A stretch of 64,000 nt of DNA from Dehalococcoidia bacterium (GTDB taxonomy: Bacteria; Chloroflexota; Dehalococcoidia; Lucifugimonadales; CATOSD01): the NCBI GenBank assembly GCA_965203135.1, contig CBDBBO010000001.1, forward strand, positions 1,878,760-1,942,759. Direction: 5' to 3'. This document shows, in pieces, positions 56,564 through 64,000 of this stretch. Positions within the stretch are counted from its first letter, which is position 1; the number at the start of each line of letters is the position of its first letter. The notes under the pieces were generated by a model. It was not told where the DNA came from, ran no database searches, and saw nothing but the letters and a program-made list of their open reading frames with translations. The translations under genes and the position numbers were made by a program.

Positions 56564-57544
56564 ATGAGAGGCACGATGCGACGCATTGCACTGGCTGCGG
56601 GACTGCTGCTAATCCTCTCCGTCGCTCTCGCGGCCTGCGGGGGCGGCGAGGAGGCGCTGACCAGCTCTGAGGTGGAGCAGATCGTCAACGACGCCATCGA
56701 GGAGATGCCCAAGAATGAGCCCGCCCTGACGCGGGCCGACGTTGAGGAGATAGTGCGGGCGGCCATCGCCGCCATCCCGTCCAAGTCCGCCCCCGCCGAG
56801 TACACGCAATACTTCGTGGGCAACGCCATCTCACGCTACGAATCCCAGGGCCGGGACGCCACCCTCGCCCACTACAACAGCCCGCAGAGCGTGGACGGCC
56901 AGTGGTACGTCTTCATCATCGACCAGAACGATCTCGTCATCGGACACCCCGACCCCGGACGACTGGGCCTGGACCTGAAGGGCTGGGTGGGCACCGACGC
57001 CAACGGCTACGAGTTCGGGCCTGAGATGCTCTCGGCCACGGAGGAGGGCAAGTGGGTGTCCTACGTCTACCGCAACCCGGAGAGCGGTGGCATAGGCACC
57101 GGCGACTTCGAGCTCAAGAACGCCTGGGTGGTGAAGCGCGACGGGCTGCTGTTCGGCTCGGGCTGGTACATCGACGCGGACGAGTTCACCAGGATGCTGG
57201 TGTCCGTGGCGGTGGACAAGTACCGCGAACTGGGACTGGCGGGAACGATGGCCTACTTCGCCAGCCCGGGAAGCGTCCTGGCGGGCCTTGAGGAGGCCAT
57301 CGCCTACTACAACGACACCGAGACCATCGACGGCCACTGGTTCGCCTTCATAGGAGGGCCGGACGGGAAGATCGTGGGCCACTCCGACATCTCGAAGATC
57401 GGCGGGGACGTCCAGCACCTGTTCGGCGGGGAGACGTTCGAGGCCACCGAGTCTGGCGTCTGGGTCGAGTCCGAGTCGCTGCGGGTGTACGTGGCGGGCT
57501 ACGACGGCCACGTCTTCGGCTCCGGCTGGAGCCGGGACGAGTAG
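56564..57544 (+). CDS. Lipoprotein with tandem Cache-like domains, paralog 2
   Basis: Lipobox LAAC. About 85 percent identical by eye to 22270..23244 over roughly 265 aa. Confidence 0.8.
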   Translation: MRGTMRRIALAAGLLLILSVALAACGGGEEALTSSEVEQIVNDAIEEMPKNEPALTRADVEEIVRAAIAAIPSKSAPAEYTQYFVGNAISRYESQGRDATLAHYNSPQSVDGQWYVFIIDQNDLVIGHPDPGRLGLDLKGWVGTDANGYEFGPEMLSATEEGKWVSYVYRNPESGGIGTGDFELKNAWVVKRDGLLFGSGWYIDADEFTRMLVSVAVDKYRELGLAGTMAYFASPGSVLAGLEEAIAYYNDTETIDGHWFAFIGGPDGKIVGHSDISKIGGDVQHLFGGETFEATESGVWVESESLRVYVAGYDGHVFGSGWSRDE

Positions 57545-57991
57545 GGCCGCCGGTCTCAGGTAGTATGGCTCAACAGGGCGGAGAGGCGCAGGCCGTGGAG
57601 TCAGTCCAGCCAGCACGTCAGGAGGAAGCCCCGGCCTGCGGTCCTCTCGAAATTCTCCCTGTTCAAGGCCCCGCACGCGGGGCCTTCGCCATTGTCCACT
57701 TCCGCGCCCGAGGCGGATCCGGGAGACGGGGGATCCTCGTGGTTGTGGATACTTCTCGGCCTGCTCTTTGGCGTGGCGGGGGCAATCGGCATCGCCATAT
57801 TCGCGTGGCGCAGGCGGACGCGATAGGCGGCGGCGGGGTTCCGTTTGCTTTCGGCGCGCGGTCTATCCGGCCGTAGGCACGCCGCGCGCCCGGCCCCGTG
57901 TAGTACACTGTCGCCCAGCCACCACGGGGCGGTTACATTCGAACCGCTCCCTGGTGTGGCTGAGAGTGTTGCGCAAAAGGAGTCCCCCACC

Positions 57992-58861
57992 ATGAAACTA
58001 GGCGTAGTCTTCCCCCAGACCGAGATAACCTCAGACCCCGCCGCCGTAAAGGAGTACGCTCAGGCCGCCGAGTCGCTCGGCTACAACCACCTGCTCGCGT
58101 TCGACCACGTGCTCGGCGCCAACGCCGCCACCCGCCCCGGCTGGAGCGGCGCCTACCGCCACACCGACCAGTTCCACGAGCCGTTCGTCCTCTTCGGCTA
58201 CCTCGCCGGCGTCACCGAACGCATCGAGCTAGTCACCGGCGTCATCATCCTGCCGCAGCGCCAGACCGCGCTCGTCGCCAAGCAGACCGCCGCGGTGGAC
58301 GTGCTGAGCGGCGGACGGCTGCGCCTGGGCATCGGCGTTGGCTGGAACGCGGTGGAATACGAGGCGCTCGGCGAAAACTTCCGCGACAGGGGCCGCCGCT
58401 CCGAGGAGCAGATCGAGCTGATGCGTCGCCTCTGGACCGAGGAGTTGATCACGTTCGAGGGCCGCTGGCACAAGGTCACCGACGCCGGCATCAACCCGCT
58501 GCCGGTGCAGCGCCCCATCCCGGTGTGGCTCGGAGGCCGCGCGCCGCAGACCATCAGCCGCATCGCGCGCATGGGCGACGGCTGGTTCCCGCTGTTTCCG
58601 CCGGACGACGAGGGCCGCACCCTGATAGACGACATGCGTGAGCAGACGAGCGCGGCGGGTCGCGACCCCGACTCCATAGGCATAGAGAGCTGGGTGTCGA
58701 TAGGCCGCGGCTCCCCCGACGATTGGGCCGCCGCCGTCGATAGCTGGCGCGAGCTCGGCGCGACGCACATATCGGTCAACACCATGAACGCCGGGCTGTC
58801 CACGCCCGCCGAGCACATCGACGCCATACGCCGCTTCAAGGAGGTGGTAGGCGGCGCGTAG
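57992..58861 (+). CDS. LLM-class F420-dependent oxidoreductase
   Basis: Start ATG 57992 follows AAAGGAG. MKLGVVFPQTE..., GGRLRLGIGVGW and PIPVWLGG motifs. Confidence 0.85.
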   Translation: MKLGVVFPQTEITSDPAAVKEYAQAAESLGYNHLLAFDHVLGANAATRPGWSGAYRHTDQFHEPFVLFGYLAGVTERIELVTGVIILPQRQTALVAKQTAAVDVLSGGRLRLGIGVGWNAVEYEALGENFRDRGRRSEEQIELMRRLWTEELITFEGRWHKVTDAGINPLPVQRPIPVWLGGRAPQTISRIARMGDGWFPLFPPDDEGRTLIDDMREQTSAAGRDPDSIGIESWVSIGRGSPDDWAAAVDSWRELGATHISVNTMNAGLSTPAEHIDAIRRFKEVVGGA

Positions 58862-58871
58862 TGGTCGCGGC

Positions 58872-58936
58872 GTCACCCCCATCCTGACCCGTTCGGCAGG
58901 CTCAGGGCAGGCTCTTCCCCCGTCGAGGGGGAAGGG
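58872..58936. repeat. REP-like hairpin element, copy 3 (inverted, with a 24-nt insert)
   Basis: CACCCCCATCCTGACCC ... TTCCCCCGTCGAGGGGGAAGGGA, between convergent genes. Confidence 0.65.
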
Positions 58937-58957
58937 ACTCTTGGGAAGGGTCTGCCC

Positions 58958-60250
58958 CTACGGCTCCCACAACTCCGAATCAGGGTAGTAGTCGCTCCAC
59001 CCGAACCAGAAGGCGTTGAACGACGGGTAGTCATCCAGCCGTTCGCCCTCCAGCTCGCCCGCGACTGCCACGCCGGTCAGCTTGCTCCACGTCGAGCCGG
59101 TCTCGGCGTCCACCATCTCGTCCGAGGCGTCCCCCTGCTCGAACGTCAGCACGCGGTCGCCCACCCGCAGGCCGAACGCGCCCACCGAGCGGCTGGCGTC
59201 GTCCCGCACCACCACGATCTCCGCGCCCTCGAACACGTCGTTCACCACCTGCGCGCTGTCCAGGTCGGCGTGAGCGTAGGCCCTCTGCGAGTTGTCGCCT
59301 ACCAGGCCCAGCACGAGCTCCTTGATGGACAGCCGCTCGTCGCTGTTCGCCTCCGGCATGATCCCGGTCCTGCCGCTGATGTAGTAGCTCGCGTACGGGT
59401 CGTAGGGTCTGCTTCCGGTGTCCAGCGCCAGCGTGTCCGGGTGTTCCGCCTTCCAGTCGCCCCAGGTGGTCAGCCGCGACGGCACCAGCGTCAGACGCTC
59501 CCCCAGCAGTGGCCCCTCGACCGCGTCGCCCAGGAACTGGCTCCACAGCGTCTCCGTCTCCCTGTCGTACATCACCAGCGCGTTCATGATGAGCTTGCCG
59601 GACACCCCGAACGTCAGCGTCTCCGCCTTCACCGTGCGGGCATACACTATGCCCGTGAAGCAGAGCGGTCACCACGTCACGGCGACCGGCTCGCCTCCCA
59701 CCGTGTCGTTGACGATTTCGTGTCCGCTCAGGAACGCGGTGGAGTAGGCCCTGTGGTCGCCTCCGACCGACAGCCCGATGATAAGGTGTCCGTCGCTCAT
59801 CAGATCGGACGCCTGCTCGGCGTCCAGGAACTCGGGGTCGTCGATGGATGGTATGGCGTCGAACGGCAGCACGGTGCGAATCACCAGCTCGCCGTCGTCC
59901 GGCTGGGGCGTGGCCGTCGGGCGCGGGCGCGTCGCGGTCGGCTGAGCGCCGCCGCTCGGCTTGGACGGCTCCTGGGCAGGACCGAGGCGCGTGGGAGGCA
60001 GGTCGCCGTTCGCCGGCGCCGCGGCGCCCGGGGCCACGCTGGCGCCGGTGGGCGTCGTCTCCGGCGTTCCGGTGTCGGCGGAACACGCCGCCAGCAGCGC
60101 CAGCGCGCAGGCGAGGGCCGCGAGCGCGCAGGCGAGCAGGGCGAGCGTGCGACTTGGACTCAGGGCGCCAGGGTTGTCGGGTCGCGTCTCAGACCGTCCG
60201 CTGTTGTTTTGCGCCCTGCCCGTTTTGCACGTCCTTGCCGACCTCAACAT
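58958..60250 (-). CDS. DUF3179-family lipoprotein interrupted by an in-frame TGA (59669-59671) at the first Cys position of the CPLC motif: candidate selenoprotein, or a pseudogene
   Basis: ORFs 59669..60250 and 58958..59647 share one frame. The junction reads ...GGEPVAVTW-TGA-PLCFTGIVYARTV...TLTFGVSG, and a hairpin follows the TGA. Confidence 0.6.
59627..59660 (-). promoter_or_regulatory. Candidate bacterial SECIS-like hairpin 8 nt downstream of the in-frame TGA
   Basis: mRNA sense: CUUCAC-GGGCAUA-GUG-UAUGCCC-GCACG-GUGAAG. This gives a 6-bp lower stem, a 7-bp upper stem and a G-containing apical loop. Confidence 0.45.
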
Positions 60251-60677
60251 CCGTGAGAACCTGGACGACTGGATCGCCGGTACTCACGTAGGCGTCTTTC
60301 TCGTCCAAGTCCACCGGTAGAGCCTCGTTTGTCTTCAGCGTTTCAAACTGGGTCTCCCACTTGGGCGCCCCGAACAGATTCGTAGTGGGTATCGGCTTCC
60401 CTCCCACGTTGACCTTTTGGCTGCGGTACGTGGATGCGACGGCGATGCGCTCTTGCACGTCTGTGACTCTGACGCTGGCCTTCTCCAACTCAACCGAGCC
60501 TAGCACTTCTCCGGTGTCAGGGTCTGTTATTTCAGTTCCCTTAGCGCCGAGAATCTTGAAGACCATCCCGATCGTTACTCCATCAAGCAGTCCCTTGTTG
60601 ATGGCGACTTCCCGTGAACTGATAACGCGAGCGATTTTTCCGCGAATGAGTTGACCCTGATTATCCATTCCTGGCAC
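60189..60677 (-). CDS. Hypothetical 162-aa soluble protein (AT-richer cassette)
   Basis: No recognisable motif. Its start overlaps the upstream membrane ORF by 17 nt, and its 3' end overlaps the DUF3179 start region. Confidence 0.45.
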   Translation of the reverse strand: MPGMDNQGQLIRGKIARVISSREVAINKGLLDGVTIGMVFKILGAKGTEITDPDTGEVLGSVELEKASVRVTDVQERIAVASTYRSQKVNVGGKPIPTTNLFGAPKWETQFETLKTNEALPVDLDEKDAYVSTGDPVVQVLTDVEVGKDVQNGQGAKQQRTV

Positions 60678-61125
60678 TTCTCCTTTCTATCTCCTCCACA
60701 TCTTCAGGAACGATGTCTCGCCAGTCCTCAATTGCATTCCGTCCCGTTTCGATTTGCTCGTTCACCAAGGCTTGGATCAAGTCCAATCTGTGGTCGGATT
60801 CCTCTTGCTTCAGTTCTTCAATTCTAGCAGACAACCTATGCAGGCTATTGTACAAGGTAGTCACTCGCCTGAACGCTGCCCGCGCGTGCGGCCTTATCAC
60901 GTCAAGAGCGGCGGCCCTGGCTGAGTTCTTTCCGAAGATGTAAGACCCCAACAGTCCTGTGACGGCAATCAGAGTCTGGAATAGTGCGTTCTCAACCGGC
61001 GTCGTGCCCCTGATGAAGCTGAGGACGACGAATCCGATAATCGTGGCCGCAGCTATGAACATGAGAATGAGTGGGACGGCAAGCGTATCTCTCATAGTTT
61101 CCATTGTATATGAGATTACAGCCAC
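60661..61125 (-). CDS. Hypothetical membrane protein (two TM segments plus a coiled-coil tail; AT-richer cassette)
   Basis: 154-aa ORF overlapping the esterase stop by 10 nt. Confidence 0.45.
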   Translation of the reverse strand: MAVISYTMETMRDTLAVPLILMFIAAATIIGFVVLSFIRGTTPVENALFQTLIAVTGLLGSYIFGKNSARAAALDVIRPHARAAFRRVTTLYNSLHRLSARIEELKQEESDHRLDLIQALVNEQIETGRNAIEDWRDIVPEDVEEIERRSARNG

Positions 61126-62015
61126 TTACCCTTGAGAAACTCGCCGATGGCCTCGATACCCCGCTGGCCCTCGGGCAGTATCGGCGCGAACAGGTGCCAC
61201 ACGTGCACCATCTCCTCCCATACGTCGAATGTCACGTCGATCCCGGCAGCGCGAGCGCGCTCGTCCAGGCGGACGGAGTCGTCGTACAGCGTCTCGGACG
61301 TGCCCACCTGTATCAGCAGCGGCGGCAGACCCCGCAGGTCGGCGTATATGGGCGCGGCCAGCGGCGTTCGCGCGTCCGCGCCCGCCAGGTACGCGGACGC
61401 CGAATCGAGCAGGCCCTCGCGTCCCACCATCAGATCACGCTTGGCCCGTGACGTCATGGACTCGCCAGACGCCTCCAAGTCGACCCACGGCGACAGGCAC
61501 ACCCCCGCCGCCGGTAGCGGGTCGCCCGCGTCGCGCAGCGCCACCATCGCCGCGACTGTCAGGCCCCCGCCCGCCGAGTCGCCGCCGATGGCCGCGCGCC
61601 CCGGCTCGACGCCCTGCGCCAGCAGCCAGCGGTACGCCGCCGTCGCATCGTCCACAGCGGCCGGAAACGGGTGCTCGGGGGCGAGCCGGTAGTCGAGAGA
61701 GAGCACACGCCCGCCGGAGGCCGCCGACAGACGACCCGCGAGCTCGCGATGGCTGGCCGGGGAACCGGCGTTGTAGCCGCCGCCGTGCAGGTACAGCACA
61801 GCGCGGTCGGCGCTTGCGCCCGGGGCGGACACCCACTCGGCCGGCACACCGCCGGCGTCCACCTTCTCAGAGGACACGCCGGGGGTCGCGCCGAGCGAGC
61901 CGAAGAACGCGTCCATGCCCGCGCGGCGTTCGGCGACGCCGGGGCGTGCCACGCCGGAGGCCTGCCGCCGCATCTCCAGCATGTGGAGCACCTTGTCCAG
62001 TTGTGGGGATGGCAT
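61116..62015 (-). CDS. Alpha/beta hydrolase (HSL-type esterase/lipase)
   Basis: LHGGGY oxyanion motif and GDSAGGGL nucleophile elbow. Start ATG 62015 follows AGGAGG. Confidence 0.85.
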   Translation of the reverse strand: MPSPQLDKVLHMLEMRRQASGVARPGVAERRAGMDAFFGSLGATPGVSSEKVDAGGVPAEWVSAPGASADRAVLYLHGGGYNAGSPASHRELAGRLSAASGGRVLSLDYRLAPEHPFPAAVDDATAAYRWLLAQGVEPGRAAIGGDSAGGGLTVAAMVALRDAGDPLPAAGVCLSPWVDLEASGESMTSRAKRDLMVGREGLLDSASAYLAGADARTPLAAPIYADLRGLPPLLIQVGTSETLYDDSVRLDERARAAGIDVTFDVWEEMVHVWHLFAPILPEGQRGIEAIGEFLKGKWL

Positions 62016-62262
62016 CGTGTGATCACCTCCTCGATGGTAGTCCTCTCGTCGAATTCTAACACGTATGCCGCGAGAAGAATCGCTTCCTGTATACGGCGTC
62101 TGGTTGCCAAGTCTTGACATCGCCTTTAATCGTTGCTAACGTTCCCCCAATCGTCTTCTGGTCGACGGGGGAGGGCCGTTTGGCCGCGTCTTGAGACTGC
62201 CCTGGAGAGGTGGGCGCAAGGGACGCCTCCGTTCTGAAACCGTAACCGGACAGGAGGACAAA

Positions 62263-64000
62263 TTGAAGAGAGCACGGTCTAAACTGGTAGTTTACGCGAT
62301 GTTCGCGTCGCTGGCCGCCCTTGTGCTGGCCGCGGTCGCCTGTGCATCCGCGGAAGAAGAAGCACCGCCCACGCCGACGCCTGTCGACGTTTCCGGCATA
62401 ATCTCGCAGGTGATGGCGGCCCAGCAGCCCGGAGTCACCACCGAGGACGTCACCGCGGCGATCCAGGCGGCGTTGGCTCAGCAGGAGGGTCTCACCTCCG
62501 CTGACGTGGCCGACGAGATAGCCAAGGCGCTTAGCGCACGGCCCGGCGTCTCGTCCGAGGACGTTGCATCGGCTATCGCCAGCGCGCTCGACGCACGCCC
62601 CGGCGTCACAACCCAGGACGTCGCCAACGAGATAGCCAGGGCGCTCAGCGCCCAGCCCGGCGTCACCGAGGCCCAGGTTGCCGAGGCTATTGCGGCGGCG
62701 CTGGCCGAGCGCCCGGGGCTCACCGAGGAGAAAGTCTCCGAGATCGTCGCGATGGCGATGGAGGAGCAGCAGGCCCAGATTGTGGCCGCGGTCACCGAGT
62801 CGATCAACGTCAGCTTGGACGCGCCCGTCATGATGGACATGGGGGAGGCCCAGTATGGCGGCACGTTGGTCACTCTGGAAACCGGCGACCTCCAGGCCAT
62901 AGACTTCCACCGAGTTCGCAGCATCGGAACCATGCAATGGTTTTCGAACATCCACCTGAACCTACTCGAGGTGGACACGCAGTCTCGCGACAAGATTATC
63001 GGCGACGTTGCGGAGTCCTGGGTGGTCAGCGACGACGGCACCCAGTGGACCTTCAACATCCGCGAGGGACTGACGACTCACCAGGGCAACACGTTCGACT
63101 CCGAGGACGTGCGCTACAACGTGTGGCGCTGGCTCAACCAGCCCAACGACGTTGTAATGTTGCGCGCCGGCTGCCTACGCAACACCACCATTGGCGTGGA
63201 TGCGCCGGACGCTCACACCGTGGTCCTTACCACGGGATCCGAGGCCGGGCCCGCGCCCGCCGCATCCTTCCTGAACTGCATCAGCCAGGCGTACCTGCTG
63301 CTTCAGCCCAAGGGCAACATGACCGCAGTGGACGAGCCGGGAGCAGACCGCGACCTGGAAGTCGAAGAAGTCGACGGCATAGGTCCCTTCATCTGGGATG
63401 AGTACTCGCGCGGCAACATCATCAAGTCGTCCAGGTTCGAAGACTACTACGAGAAAGACCCCGACCTGCCCTACCTGGACGGCTACCACTTCGCCATCGT
63501 GTCGGATGCGGCGACGCGAATAGCCGCCTTCCGCACCCAGCGGGCCGACTTCTTCCCCACGTTCAGCACGCCCCGCAAGCCGGAGGCCGACCAGCTCAAG
63601 GACCAGTACGGTGACGCGATAACCTACGTTCGCGTTCTCGCGCCCGGCAAGCGCGGCCTGCAGATAAACAACAACAGGCCTCCGTTCGACAACCCTAAGA
63701 TTCGCCATGCCATGCACCTGGCCATTGACCGCCACGCGGTCAACGCTCTCCATCACGACGGCGTGGGCTTCCTGGCAGCGACGTACCTGGGTCTGTGGGA
63801 CTGGATATACTCGTTCGACGACTACTACACCTGGCCCGGATTCCGCTCCTACCCCGAAGGTAGGTTCGAAGAGGACCTCGCCGAGTCCAAGCGCCTCCTC
63901 GAGGCTGAAGGCTACAGCGAGGCGAACCCTCTGAAGGTCTCCATCATGGCGGGGACAAATGAGGCCGACGAGATTACGATTGCGGACGGCCTGGACGACT
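62263..64000 (+). CDS. ABC transporter substrate-binding lipoprotein, family 5 (3' end outside the window), with an N-terminal repeat linker
   Basis: Absent from the ORF track because no stop falls in the window. TTG 62263 lies 5 nt after GGAGG. Signal plus lipobox AAVAC, then about six repeats of ..PGVT.EDVA..IA.AL.., then an SBP_bac_5-like body (WTFNIREG...). Confidence 0.8.
   Translation, partial: MKRARSKLVVYAMFASLAALVLAAVACASAEEEAPPTPTPVDVSGIISQVMAAQQPGVTTEDVTAAIQAALAQQEGLTSADVADEIAKALSARPGVSSEDVASAIASALDARPGVTTQDVANEIARALSAQPGVTEAQVAEAIAAALAERPGLTEEKVSEIVAMAMEEQQAQIVAAVTESINVSLDAPVMMDMGEAQYGGTLVTLETGDLQAIDFHRVRSIGTMQWFSNIHLNLLEVDTQSRDKIIGDVAESWVVSDDGTQWTFNIREGLTTHQGNTFDSEDVRYNVWRWLNQPNDVVMLRAGCLRNTTIGVDAPDAHTVVLTTGSEAGPAPAASFLNCISQAYLLLQPKGNMTAVDEPGADRDLEVEEVDGIGPFIWDEYSRGNIIKSSRFEDYYEKDPDLPYLDGYHFAIVSDAATRIAAFRTQRADFFPTFSTPRKPEADQLKDQYGDAITYVRVLAPGKRGLQINNNRPPFDNPKIRHAMHLAIDRHAVNALHHDGVGFLAATYLGLWDWIYSFDDYYTWPGFRSYPEGRFEEDLAESKRLLEAEGYSEANPLKVSIMAGTNEADEITIADGLDD

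Noticed and set aside
57542-57544. Programmed TAG read-through or pyrrolysine decoding of the lipoprotein stop.
   Set aside because: TAG is simply the commonest stop codon here. No Pyl machinery or read-through signal is visible, and the paralogous lipoprotein gene has a second stop three codons after its TAG. The downstream anchor-like frame is more plausibly a remnant or a separate small ORF.

Overview
Visibly GC-rich, densely coding bacterial chromosome segment. F420/LLM-type oxidoreductases, REP-like hairpins and codon style suggest a Chloroflexota- or Actinobacteria-like organism, but this is not verifiable here. Core genes include uvrA, mazG, ftsH, a coxMSL-ordered molybdo-hydroxylase operon, a MoxR-DUF58-VWA-VWA operon, tRNA-Glu and tRNA-Gln, two family-5 solute-binding proteins and assorted hydrolases and oxidoreductases. 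AT-richer accessory islets are interspersed: two HEPN-like two-gene modules bracketing mazG, an Mrr-like nuclease plus VapBC, a Phd-VapC pair, an AAA ATPase, an AlbA_2/Schlafen-like ATPase and a two-gene cassette at 60.2-61.1 kb. No rRNA, CRISPR array, integrase or transposase was seen. The most interesting content is a pair of inverted paralogous loci (22.3-30.7 kb and 49.2-57.5 kb). Each combines a soluble GAF-PAS-histidine kinase-receiver-wHTH fusion protein, a divergent operon of N-anchored adhesin-like proteins (FN3, cadherin-like, He_PIG-like, Calx-beta-like) and a double-Cache lipoprotein. These loci carry three 14-15 nt G/C homopolymer tracts. One sits inside a conserved N-terminal leader and currently splits a gene, which makes it a candidate phase-variation switch. 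Five secreted proteins in these loci end in GG[LV]-stop, and both divergent promoters carry a conserved TTGTG direct repeat. Separately, a DUF3179 gene is interrupted by an in-frame TGA exactly where the first Cys of a CPLC motif is expected, followed by a strong hairpin, so it is a candidate selenoprotein. TAG is the dominant stop codon in this window. All calls come from reading the sequence and ORF track; no searches were run.
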